This document shows positions 5,284 through 12,993 of a DNA stretch of 20,000 nt, piece by piece. The notes beneath the pieces were generated by a model that was not told the DNA's origin, searched no databases, and was given only the letters and a program-made list of their open reading frames with translations. Origin of the DNA: an uncultured virus (IMG/VR IMGVR_UViG_2775507075_000002) (Duplodnaviria > Heunggongvirae > Uroviricota > Caudoviricetes); IMG/VR virus record IMGVR_UViG_2775507075_000002; one strand, 5' to 3'. Both the position numbers and the translations under genes were made by a program. The stretch's first letter is position 1, and every line of letters starts with the position of its first letter.

Positions 5284-7143
5284 TTAAGCTGCGGCTCGCG
5301 TCTGGCACATTTCTGGCAAATTAGCCCTTACCAGAGCCTCAGCGAACGGGGGCGGTACCGCATTGCCACAGCGGGCCACCTGCTTATCCTTGGCGTATTT
5401 CACGCCGCGGTAGTCGCGATCGATGATGTACCACTCAGGGAATCCCTGAGCGCGGTATAACTCATGCGGTTGCAGCATTCGCATCCCGATATCAACGATG
5501 CGGTAAGTTACCCCGGCGATTTCCACCAGCCCAGTGCATTCCTCTCCGCAGAATTCTTGCAGGAACGCCAGCACCTGCTGCGCTCGCTCTTCGTCATAGT
5601 CCTCGACCGCCAGAGTCGTTTTAACCTCCCCTACGTGCTGGCCGCCAGCAGTTATAGTCGGCATCGGTTCATCGGTGCGCTGGCCATCCCGGCAGGTGCC
5701 ACGCAGTTTCACGAGGTGAGAAGCAACCACGGCATGGTGATCAACTGTCGTCACCGAGTGCGCAGGTTCATCCAGCCCGACGCCCGGACCGGTGTAATTC
5801 CCGCCGTAGTGTTTCGCCAGGAATGCTGATACCAACTGCGATTTACCGCCGCCGCCCGCTGTGATTGTTGCGCTGGGCTCGTCTGCGCGGTGGCCAACAC
5901 TGGCGCCAAACTGGCGAGCGATAACCGGAGCGACGACGCAGGCGCGCGACTCTTTCAGGATGGTATGGGCTGGTTTATCGAGCGAGCGGGGTTTCGCCTG
6001 GTATTCACTGCCGCCATTACCAGCCATGAACGGTGCCAGCTCAGCTTCAACGATGCCGAGAGCGTGGCCATTCCCGCCCGGGCGTTTTGACGTGCCGGCG
6101 GTGACCGTAGGTACCGGTTCGGTAACTGGCTGCCCGGTGGCGCCGGTGCGGAATTTTGTCAGATGCGGTACCGCGACTGCGTAGCCGTGGGTTTTCGTAA
6201 TTGTCTGCAGCGGATCCGTCAGCGGCTGCCCCCGGAAGCAGTCGTATTTGCCTTTGGTTGTCGTGTGGTTGCACTTAACGATAAACGGCGACGCACTGTC
6301 GATAACGAAGCGCTGGATGCCGCGGGCAATGCGCCGGAGCGTGTTTTCCGCCAGCGGCTTTTTGCGGCCAAAAATCGACGGGGCTGGGATGGACCAGTCG
6401 ATGCATTCTGCAGCTGTGCGCCACGGCGCCAGCTTGCCTGCCTGCACCGCGGGCGATTTAGGATCTCCATGAGTGGCTTCCGGCCATACAATCGGCTTCC
6501 CATCGCAACGCATCACCATGAAGAATCGCTTACGGATGGTCGGCGCACCATAATCACATGCGCGCAACTCGCGATACTCAACAGTGTAGCCCAAACCGTT
6601 TACCAGTCGTGCTGCATCCTCGCTATCAAGCGAAATATTCAGAAATTCGCAGCATTCGGCCAGCGCCGGATGATCCGCTGAAATGCCTGTGGTCAGCATG
6701 CCAATGAATGCCTCAAAAGTCTCGCCAGCACGGGCAGGATCTGGACGCATTTCACCAGCGAGCAGCGGCCCCCACGTTTTAAATTCTTCAACGTTCTCCA
6801 GCTTCATCACTCGGGGTTTAACATCCAGCCCCCAGCGCAGTACCACCCAGGCCAGTCCACGGATCGCTTTCTCGACAGGCTTAGCTCCTTTCGCTTTTGA
6901 AAAGTGACGACAATCTGGTGAAAACCACGCCAGCGCTACCGGGCGGCCAGCGGTCGCGACCTTTGGCCTGACTTCGTAAACCGATTCGCAATAGTGCAGC
7001 GTGTCCGGGTGATTGGTGGTATGCATAGCAACCGCGTTCGGATCGTGGTTTATCGCGATGTCCACACTACGCCCAATCGCCAGCTCAATCCCCGTTGAGG
7101 CGCCACCGCCACCAGCAAAGTTATCAACGATGATTTCTCTCAC
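5284..7143 (-). CDS. Orphan C5 DNA cytosine methyltransferase, 619 aa
   Basis: Motif I DNFAGGGG, motif IV SPDC, motif VI ENV, motif VIII RKRFF, motif X GNAVPP; GTG 7143 overlaps the upstream stop. Confidence 0.95.
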   Translation of the reverse strand: MREIIVDNFAGGGGASTGIELAIGRSVDIAINHDPNAVAMHTTNHPDTLHYCESVYEVRPKVATAGRPVALAWFSPDCRHFSKAKGAKPVEKAIRGLAWVVLRWGLDVKPRVMKLENVEEFKTWGPLLAGEMRPDPARAGETFEAFIGMLTTGISADHPALAECCEFLNISLDSEDAARLVNGLGYTVEYRELRACDYGAPTIRKRFFMVMRCDGKPIVWPEATHGDPKSPAVQAGKLAPWRTAAECIDWSIPAPSIFGRKKPLAENTLRRIARGIQRFVIDSASPFIVKCNHTTTKGKYDCFRGQPLTDPLQTITKTHGYAVAVPHLTKFRTGATGQPVTEPVPTVTAGTSKRPGGNGHALGIVEAELAPFMAGNGGSEYQAKPRSLDKPAHTILKESRACVVAPVIARQFGASVGHRADEPSATITAGGGGKSQLVSAFLAKHYGGNYTGPGVGLDEPAHSVTTVDHHAVVASHLVKLRGTCRDGQRTDEPMPTITAGGQHVGEVKTTLAVEDYDEERAQQVLAFLQEFCGEECTGLVEIAGVTYRIVDIGMRMLQPHELYRAQGFPEWYIIDRDYRGVKYAKDKQVARCGNAVPPPFAEALVRANLPEMCQTRAAA

Positions 7144-7409
7144 GCGTATTTCCCCATGGCGCATGCCAACGAACGAGCCGCGGCGATAATTGACGATACC
7201 GGCATTTTCTCCAACCACATACGGTTGATATGATGATGCAGTCGGCGTTGGTGATGCGCCGGCAATTCACCGGCGTTTTCGACTTCAGAGAAAACCATCG
7301 TTACTTCAGCGGGCCATACAGTTTCTGGTACATCCACCAGCAGCAGCTGCTCCAGCTCTAGAATGCGTTTGCAGGCATACTGCAGCGATGGTTCCATTTC
7401 CTTGTTCAT
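7140..7409 (-). CDS. Phage hypothetical protein, 89 aa
   Basis: 4-bp overlaps with both neighbours. Confidence 0.75.
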   Translation of the reverse strand: MNKEMEPSLQYACKRILELEQLLLVDVPETVWPAEVTMVFSEVENAGELPAHHQRRLHHHINRMWLEKMPVSSIIAAARSLACAMGKYA

Positions 7410-7657
7410 GCCTGCGATCCTTCCAAAGCAACCGCTATAGCTTCAAAAAAACCATCACGGGTATGATTTGTCATCGCTGGTACGAATGCAGCCATCAACA
7501 GCTCCTGATCGCAGTTTTCGTCTTCAGAGAGCATCGCTATTTTTTTATCCAGACGATTCTTTGCGTCCTGCAGCTGCTCGTTCTTACTGGCGCGTTGGAT
7601 GTAGTCCGCAATGATTGCGATCGCTTTGTTCGTCAACTTCACTGTGACTTCACTCAT
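7406..7657 (-). CDS. Phage hypothetical protein, 83 aa
   Basis: ATGA overlaps on both sides. Confidence 0.75.
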   Translation of the reverse strand: MSEVTVKLTNKAIAIIADYIQRASKNEQLQDAKNRLDKKIAMLSEDENCDQELLMAAFVPAMTNHTRDGFFEAIAVALEGSQA

Positions 7658-7854
7658 AATTTGCTCCCGATTTTCTCAATCGTTTCCAGCAAAAGCCGAC
7701 GGCGCGTATTCTCGGCAAAGTGCCGGCGCCCGGTATCTTTGTGGTAAAACTCGTTTTTTCCCACCACCCTCATACTTTCCGTCGCGTGCAGCTTTTTACG
7801 TTTCGGTCCGTCTTTGGTAATCACAATACCGATATGAGTTTTCTCGATAGTCAT
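7654..7854 (-). CDS. Phage hypothetical protein, 66 aa
   Basis: GGGGAGG RBS and ATGA overlaps. Confidence 0.75.
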   Translation of the reverse strand: MTIEKTHIGIVITKDGPKRKKLHATESMRVVGKNEFYHKDTGRRHFAENTRRRLLLETIEKIGSKL

Positions 7855-8219
7855 AAGGCCTCCCCGCGCGCAGTTGTCGGCCTACTTGCGCAGATAGCTT
7901 CCTGCACATCCAGAACACGCTGAAATACAGGACTGCCCAGCAGGCTGTAGTTCATACCAACAGCCGTTTTTGGCACCAGGCCAAACCGCTTCATGTCAAA
8001 GTCGATAACGGCCCGCTGATCGCGGAACAACCCCAAGCGACCATGCCGGACAACCTCGCCAGTCGCTTCTGCTTCGGAAAAATACCGCTGAACAGTAGCG
8101 CGGCTCAGGCCCAGTTTTTTCATTGCCTCGGCGGTCGTGAGTCGCCCCTGATGCCAGGTGATCCGAATCACTGCACGGACGTACTCTCTGCGCTCAACTG
8201 CTGACAATGCTCTAGCCAT
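7851..8219 (-). CDS. DUF977-like winged-HTH protein
   Basis: GRLTTAEAMKKLGLSRATVQRYF helix-turn-helix; GAGGT RBS; follows the dnaC-like gene. Confidence 0.8.
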   Translation of the reverse strand: MARALSAVERREYVRAVIRITWHQGRLTTAEAMKKLGLSRATVQRYFSEAEATGEVVRHGRLGLFRDQRAVIDFDMKRFGLVPKTAVGMNYSLLGSPVFQRVLDVQEAICASRPTTARGEAL

Positions 8220-8226
8220 ACATACC

Positions 8227-8976
8227 TCACTTAACGACACGCAAATGACGCACGTTTTTGCGATAGCTGTCCCATTCAAAATTCACCCACATACCGCCGT
8301 CCATCTGGAGACGGTCAAGAATCCGCATACCCAGTGTTTCCTTCAGCGATTCATAGTTCAGGTTGGTTAGGATGCCGACAGGTCGCATGGAGGACAGCCG
8401 GCGATCGATAACCTGATTCAGGATGACTTTTTCACCGCTGCTTCCGCGCTGAATACCCACCTCATCCAGAATAAGCAGGTCCACATGGCACAAATCGTCC
8501 AGCAATGACGCCTCTGACTGCCCGCCGTCATAGCACTCGCGAACACGTAGCATCAGGTCAGGAATAGTCACCACCAGCACAGAGCGGCCACCAGCCAGCA
8601 GGTGATTTCCGATTGCGGCCGCCAGATGGTTTTTCCCGGTGCCTGGCGCTCCGCTGAATACGAAGCTCGCAAACCCTAAGCCGAATTGCTGCGCGTAACT
8701 TTTCGCCATCGAGAGCGCCCGACGCTGGCCATCCGACTCAACCTGATAGTTCGCGAATGTGCAGCCGCGGTGCAGATCCTGAATTCCTGCACGTCCAAAG
8801 ATTTTCTCTGCACGTGCACGCTGGTTTTGTTTTTCCAGTTCCTCACAGCGCTTACGGCCTTCTTCGGCTTGCCAGGCACGCCATTCATCAACGCTGCCGA
8901 ATTTTGGCTGAACGCCAGGGGGAATGAGTTTTTTCAGTCGCTCCAGTGCATTCCCGGTACCAATCATGTTTTTCAT
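8227..8976 (-). CDS. DnaC/IstB-like helicase loader ATPase
   Basis: Walker A GAPGTGKNHLA, Walker B LLILDEVG, TNL and RILDRL motifs. Confidence 0.95.
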   Translation of the reverse strand: MKNMIGTGNALERLKKLIPPGVQPKFGSVDEWRAWQAEEGRKRCEELEKQNQRARAEKIFGRAGIQDLHRGCTFANYQVESDGQRRALSMAKSYAQQFGLGFASFVFSGAPGTGKNHLAAAIGNHLLAGGRSVLVVTIPDLMLRVRECYDGGQSEASLLDDLCHVDLLILDEVGIQRGSSGEKVILNQVIDRRLSSMRPVGILTNLNYESLKETLGMRILDRLQMDGGMWVNFEWDSYRKNVRHLRVVK

Positions 8977-8978
8977 CG

Positions 8979-9866
8979 CTACCCCCTGAATCCCGATGGG
9001 ATGGTTTTGTCAGGTTCCGAAATCTGATTGGGATCTCGTGCGCCTGGCGCCTGCTGAATCGCCCACGGTTCGCTGAAATGCATACCAGGGCCAAAAAACG
9101 TTTTCGCCTGTTTCACGTACTGCGTGTTGAGGATTCCCTCGGCTTTAACGAAAGCCGCGTAACGCACCACTCCTGCGAAGATTTCCGCCGTAGTGGTTCC
9201 ATCCCTGATTCGGGCATTCCAGGCTTTGAAGGCATCGGATTTGCTGTTACCCCCTGCCCGCTTGGGATAAACCGACCAGACCTGCTCGAACTCATTCGGG
9301 TATATTTTTTGAGGTTCAGGTTTATCGCCTTCGTCCTGATTCTGATCGTCAGGGGGTGTGGCGGAGCCATGCCCCGAACTATCTTCCTCCTGATCCTGTT
9401 CCTGCTCCTGATCCTGTTCCTGGTTAAGGAACGGTTCGAGAACCCTTTCGGAACCCTTTAGTTTTGCGATACCAATGTGGGATATTGCCGAGGCTAAAAC
9501 CCGCGCCAGCTCTGGCTTCACCGTAGATTTGTCCGGGACCTGATCAAACAAACGAAGTGCTGCAATTCCCTGGTTTGGGTTTTCAACTGAATTCCAGGTC
9601 AGAAAGTTACGAATTAGCACCCATTTCGATGACGAATCACGCGTTGCGAAACCGTTAGCCGATAGCTCATCAAACCCTTTCGAAACCCTTTCAGGAGTCC
9701 AAGCAAGGTCTTCCGAAACGTATCCATCAGGCAGCCTGAAGCATCCGATCATGTTTGTGTGTTGCCCGGTGAGCAGGTACAGCGCCAGCAACCTGGCATC
9801 ATCCGATACCCGGCGCATTCCATCGCTTATCCAAAATGATGTATGCACCTTGCCGTAATCACGCAT
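8979..9866 (-). CDS. Phage replication initiator (O-equivalent)
   Basis: N-terminal wHTH-like region, EQDQ linker, C-terminal FEQVWSVYPKR...AFKAW motif; upstream of the loader; contains iterons. Confidence 0.88.
   Translation of the reverse strand: MRDYGKVHTSFWISDGMRRVSDDARLLALYLLTGQHTNMIGCFRLPDGYVSEDLAWTPERVSKGFDELSANGFATRDSSSKWVLIRNFLTWNSVENPNQGIAALRLFDQVPDKSTVKPELARVLASAISHIGIAKLKGSERVLEPFLNQEQDQEQEQDQEEDSSGHGSATPPDDQNQDEGDKPEPQKIYPNEFEQVWSVYPKRAGGNSKSDAFKAWNARIRDGTTTAEIFAGVVRYAAFVKAEGILNTQYVKQAKTFFGPGMHFSEPWAIQQAPGARDPNQISEPDKTIPSGFRG
9388..9423. repeat. Six tandem TCCTGN hexamers (QE/QD linker)
   Basis: tcctga tcctgt tcctgc tcctga tcctgt tcctgg. Confidence 0.9.
9429..9693. repeat. 11-bp iterons (RAACCCTTTCG), probable replication origin
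   Basis: Units at 9429 (degenerate), 9440, 9451, 9672 and 9683 inside the initiator gene. Confidence 0.7.
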
Positions 9867-9883
9867 AGAGACCCCGTTGTTGC

Positions 9884-10678
9884 TTAAACTGGTGTGTTTT
9901 CATCACCAAGCACCCACCGCAAAGCCGCTGCGTATTCGCCGCTGGCGGTTTGAAGTTGCTGGGTAATTTCCTTACGGGATTTAAGACGCGGCTTTGTGTC
10001 ACCGAGAACAGCGCGCTGGCGACGAGCTTTCTCGTGGCCAGTTACACCCTCTGCCGCTGCCTCTAACTGTTTGACCGTTTCCCGTTGCTTTTCCGGTGGC
10101 ATATCGACCAGCTGACGCGCTTGAGTGACAGTGACTTTTCCAGCCTCAACCGCCGCCTGGACGGCCTGCGTAGCATCCAGTAGAGCCACGGTTGCCTGGA
10201 CCGTTTTTACGCTGCAGCCAAAAAGCAGGGCAATGTCATTTTCGTCATGACCGTATTCCATCTGCTGAACCATTTTTTTGGCCCGGCCCAGTGGGGTATC
10301 TGGTTGCGTTATCTCGTTTTCGCTGACCATGTATTTGGCCATTTGAATGGCTGAACCGCGCTTAGCTATACCGGGTACCGGCCAGGGTTCCAGCCCTGCC
10401 CGCTTTCTCCTGGCGTTTGCTTCCTTAGCGTTCTTTACGCGCTGCCGACCTGCCACCACACAGGTTTTCCCTGTCTCCGGGTCCTTCCACACGATAATTG
10501 GTTCGAGTACCCCAAGTTCCATGATGTTGAGGATCACAGCTTCATTAAGCGGTAGGTGTACGCGTTCGTCGTAAAGCGGGTGTGTTGTATCGGTCACCAG
10601 ATGCAGGTTTTCCGGTTCGAAAAACAGGACGTTGCTTTTACCGCTGGCGCCGTACGCGTCGATCGAGTTTTTAGCCAT
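9884..10678 (-). CDS. ParB/Srx-like N-terminal domain + HTH protein
   Basis: GVLEPIIV...VVAGRQR and SEN motifs; HTH ENDIALLFGCSVKTVQ. Confidence 0.85.
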   Translation of the reverse strand: MAKNSIDAYGASGKSNVLFFEPENLHLVTDTTHPLYDERVHLPLNEAVILNIMELGVLEPIIVWKDPETGKTCVVAGRQRVKNAKEANARRKRAGLEPWPVPGIAKRGSAIQMAKYMVSENEITQPDTPLGRAKKMVQQMEYGHDENDIALLFGCSVKTVQATVALLDATQAVQAAVEAGKVTVTQARQLVDMPPEKQRETVKQLEAAAEGVTGHEKARRQRAVLGDTKPRLKSRKEITQQLQTASGEYAAALRWVLGDENTPV

Positions 10679-10692
10679 GGGCGCCCCCGTTA

Positions 10693-10742
10693 TTGAAATT
10701 CAGTTGGTTCATGTTCATAATTTCCACTGTGAATTGATCCAG
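10693..10742 (+). promoter_or_regulatory. pO/poop-like promoter with LexA box
   Basis: TTGAAA-17-CATAAT (10693-10721); CTG-N10-CAG at 10727-10742. Confidence 0.75.
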
Positions 10743-10794
10743 TTAATTCGCAACGAAAGCCGTAGGTGTTGCAGCACCGCGGCTTTCACCTTTC
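10729..10794 (+). ncRNA. OOP-like antisense RNA
   Basis: Starts GTGAATTGATCCAGTTAAT (lambda OOP, from memory: GTTGATAGATCCAGTAAT); long hairpin 10755-10787 whose G-U pairs form on the + strand. Confidence 0.7.
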
Positions 10795-10806
10795 TGAATT
10801 CCAGCA

Positions 10807-11343
10807 TCACGTCACTCCCAGCATTGAAGTGACAATGGCCATCAGCGGCGCCGTTAACTCAGGGTCTATCCGGAACATCTCGACAATTCCCTCGCTCAGT
10901 TCTTTCAGCTTCTGATGGCGTGGTGCCCCCATAGCAACGGCAACCTTTGCTTCGCTGGTTTCTTTTTCCAGACGAGCCAGACGGGACATAAAACTGTCTT
11001 CGGGCAATAGACGGTGACGGTATTCCAGAGGAAGAACGGCCATGATTGCCGGGGTAAGAAGGCGAACGTACTCGCGATAGCGCTCAGAATCGGCCGGGTT
11101 GTCCAAGTAGCGAAAAAGCTTCTGTCGGGCACGGCTGATATCATCAGGGAACGCGATCTCCTCGCCGCCCTGCTGGCGCCACTCATCGATGATATGTGCC
11201 GACACAACATCCTGGCCCTCAGCTGCAGCCCAGGCGCGAACAGCAGAACGAATTGCGTCGTGATCTGACTCTCTCAGCTGATTTCGCTTTATCAGGGCGC
11301 CGGTGTTGAATCCGGTATTTTGTTGAAAGGAAAGTGTTTGCAT
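10807..11343 (-). CDS. YdaT-family CII-like regulator
   Basis: AIRSAVRAWA, RQKLFRYLD and LTPAIMAVLP motifs; directly after cro. Confidence 0.85.
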   Translation of the reverse strand: MQTLSFQQNTGFNTGALIKRNQLRESDHDAIRSAVRAWAAAEGQDVVSAHIIDEWRQQGGEEIAFPDDISRARQKLFRYLDNPADSERYREYVRLLTPAIMAVLPLEYRHRLLPEDSFMSRLARLEKETSEAKVAVAMGAPRHQKLKELSEGIVEMFRIDPELTAPLMAIVTSMLGVT

Positions 11344-11345
11344 AG

Positions 11346-11573
11346 TCAGCCTTCCTGTTTCGGCAGGCCGTCAGTGGGGTTTGGGTAAATGTCACCACGC
11401 ATCTGATGAGGGGTAACCTTCCATCCGAGAGCCTCACAAACTGGAATTACGCGATGAGCGGGGGTCTCGCTATTCAGCCAAAGGCTAACTGTTTGAGGGG
11501 TTGTGCCGAGTCGTTTAGCCAGCTCGGTCTGGCTCATGATTGAGCAGATAATGGTTTTTAGATTCGTATTCAT
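11346..11573 (-). CDS. cro: Cro/YdaS-family HTH regulator
   Basis: SQTELAKRLGTTPQTVSLW HTH; VTPHQMRGDIYPNPTDGLP tail; AGGAGG RBS. Confidence 0.9.
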   Translation of the reverse strand: MNTNLKTIICSIMSQTELAKRLGTTPQTVSLWLNSETPAHRVIPVCEALGWKVTPHQMRGDIYPNPTDGLPKQEG

Positions 11574-11623
11574 AAAGCCTCCTTGGAGATACAAGAAAAC
11601 ATTACATCACCAAATTAGATATA

Positions 11624-11674
11624 ACAAGTTTTTCTTGTGTTAATCTTGCAATGTCTTCTACAAGTAAGGCTTGT
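11624..11674. promoter_or_regulatory. OR operators, ACAAG-N5-CTTGT palindromes
   Basis: Perfect copies at 11624-11638 and 11660-11674, between divergent cro and the repressor gene. Confidence 0.8.
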
Positions 11675-11686
11675 AAAATGATAAAT

Positions 11687-12112
11687 ATGAAAACAGAACA
11701 GCATGAAAACTTTGTCCGCAGGCTCCAGCTCATCCAGGATCAAACTGGCTGGAACCTATCTGAGATTGCCAGGAGAGTTACTGTTTCTCCTCAGGCTGTT
11801 CAACAATGGGCCAAAGGTGAAACAACTCCACGCGGTGAGCGCCTTAAAAGACTTGCGGCTGTAACTGGTAAACCTGAGCATTGGTTTTTCATGCCGCCAG
11901 ACGAAGATGGTGAGAATGTTTCATCGCAGACAGAACCTGAAGCGCCTGGCCGGAACGAACTGGATGACAAAGAGAAAGCCCTTTTAGCTCTCTTTAACCA
12001 GATGCCGGAAGCCGAGAAGAACAGGCTAATAGTCCACGCAAAAGCCACTTTAAAAGAACTAGACCTCCTCAAGGATGACGTTCTCAGTATCATCAAAGAT
12101 ATTAACGATTAA
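11687..12112 (+). CDS. Prophage repressor (XRE HTH, DicA/RacR/Gifsy type)
   Basis: LSEIARRVTVSPQAVQQWAKGETTP HTH; divergent from cro; no S24 peptidase domain; start at 11687 or 11678. Confidence 0.9.
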   Translation: MKTEQHENFVRRLQLIQDQTGWNLSEIARRVTVSPQAVQQWAKGETTPRGERLKRLAAVTGKPEHWFFMPPDEDGENVSSQTEPEAPGRNELDDKEKALLALFNQMPEAEKNRLIVHAKATLKELDLLKDDVLSIIKDIND

Positions 12113-12168
12113 ATTCATATGATTAGCTGCTATCCATATCGGATAGCCGTTTCCCCACGCCCTCAATA

Positions 12169-12220
12169 ACAACATTTTCTTGTATTTCTCCTTGTAAAAA
12201 GCAAATTTACCTTGTAACGT
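12169..12220 (+). promoter_or_regulatory. pL promoter with OL operators
   Basis: TTGTAA-17-TAACGT (12192-12220); operator variants ACAAC-N5-CTTGT (12169-12183) and GCAAA-N5-CTTGT (12201-12215). Confidence 0.7.
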
Positions 12221-12295
12221 TATTCACATCGACAACAAACGCATTGTTGTCAGGTGGTAAACGTTCCGCTGGCCGGCGACAAGGCAGAGGTTGAA

Positions 12296-12394
12296 ATGAG
12301 CAAGCACGGCATCAGAGCCCTGGTCATTTCGGCAGTAGTTGGGCTCTTCATCTGGATCGCGCTTTTCAGCGTACTGAGGGAGATATTTCTATGA
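12296..12394 (+). CDS. 32-aa single-pass membrane peptide
   Basis: GAGG RBS; MSKHGIRALVISAVVGLFIWIALFSVLREIFL; ATGA overlap with the next ORF; not in the ORF track. Confidence 0.7.
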   Translation: MSKHGIRALVISAVVGLFIWIALFSVLREIFL

Positions 12395-12504
12395 ATGATT
12401 TCGCACGCAAACCCGCTCGTCAGCAGGCTGTTCGTTTAAGTCCGCTGTCAGCTTTCATCCGCCGGGTGTGCTACATGCTCGCGCAAAAAGGAGACCCTTT
12501 ATGA
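12391..12504 (+). CDS. 37-aa peptide, possibly CIII-like
   Basis: GGGAG RBS; MNDFARKPARQQAVRLSPLSAFIRRVCYMLAQKGDPL; ATGA overlaps on both sides; not in the ORF track. Confidence 0.7.
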   Translation: MNDFARKPARQQAVRLSPLSAFIRRVCYMLAQKGDPL

Positions 12505-12692
12505 GCACGATGTTTGCCCTGGTTCTCACCGTCAGCATGCTGACGGGCGGTAATCAGGATGTCCTGCTCGGCGTTTACGACACTGAGAATGGCTGCAAGG
12601 CAGCTGCAGAAGAGCAACACGTGAAAGCTGAATGTTATCCGCTGAAAGGTGTACTGGACGAGCATCCGGCCGGGTTCACGGTGCAAATGTAG
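12501..12692 (+). CDS. DUF1482/YebW-like small protein
   Basis: MFALVLTV...LLGVYDTENGC...ECYP pattern; AGGAG RBS. Confidence 0.8.
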   Translation: MSTMFALVLTVSMLTGGNQDVLLGVYDTENGCKAAAEEQHVKAECYPLKGVLDEHPAGFTVQM

Positions 12693-12700
12693 GGGGAAGA

Positions 12701-12856
12701 ATGCAGAAGAAATGCGGTTACTGCCGTAAAGCAATCGAGGGAAAACCAGTGGTAAGCACCCTGTTGTACCTCCAGGGGAACCAGCTCGCACGGAAAGAAA
12801 AAGAGTATTGCTCAGAACGTTGCGCCTCTCACGACCAGATGGCTCACGAGGGCTAA
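12701..12856 (+). CDS. YdaE-like zinc-binding protein
   Basis: CGYCRK...YCSERCA...QMAHE; upstream of recE as in Rac. Confidence 0.8.
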   Translation: MQKKCGYCRKAIEGKPVVSTLLYLQGNQLARKEKEYCSERCASHDQMAHEG

Positions 12857-12993
12857 CGTAAACCCGCCGAAGCGGGCTGTACGTCCGGTGCCACCGACCA
12901 AAGTTACACCGGAAATTACCAAAACCAATGACCACCCTGAATGGGCGCTACCAATGGCCCTGGGGATTCTACATCCAAAATAGAGGCTATCAC

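Noticed and set aside
5464..6907. Several antisense or alternate-frame ORFs inside the MTase (likewise inside Q, recE, recT and int)
   Set aside because: Shadow ORFs of GC-rich coding sequence, with no RBS or motifs
7144..7218. Longer ORF-track N-terminus of the methyltransferase (similar extensions at 3217, 3420, 5199, 8279, 11651, 12928, 18239)
   Set aside because: Most extensions overlap upstream genes or promoters; downstream starts have an RBS, stop-start coupling, a signal peptide or a family-typical N-terminus
9388..9461. Short repeats as a CRISPR-like array
   Set aside because: No spacers; in-frame coding repeats and iterons explain them, and there are no cas genes
10807..11573. YdaS/YdaT as a toxin-antitoxin pair
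   Set aside because: Position and established function indicate Cro and CII equivalents
12860..12879. AAACCCGCCGAAGCGGGCT identical to 4712-4730
   Set aside because: A common UUCG/CGAA terminator-type hairpin; no evidence that it is an att site or mobile-element boundary
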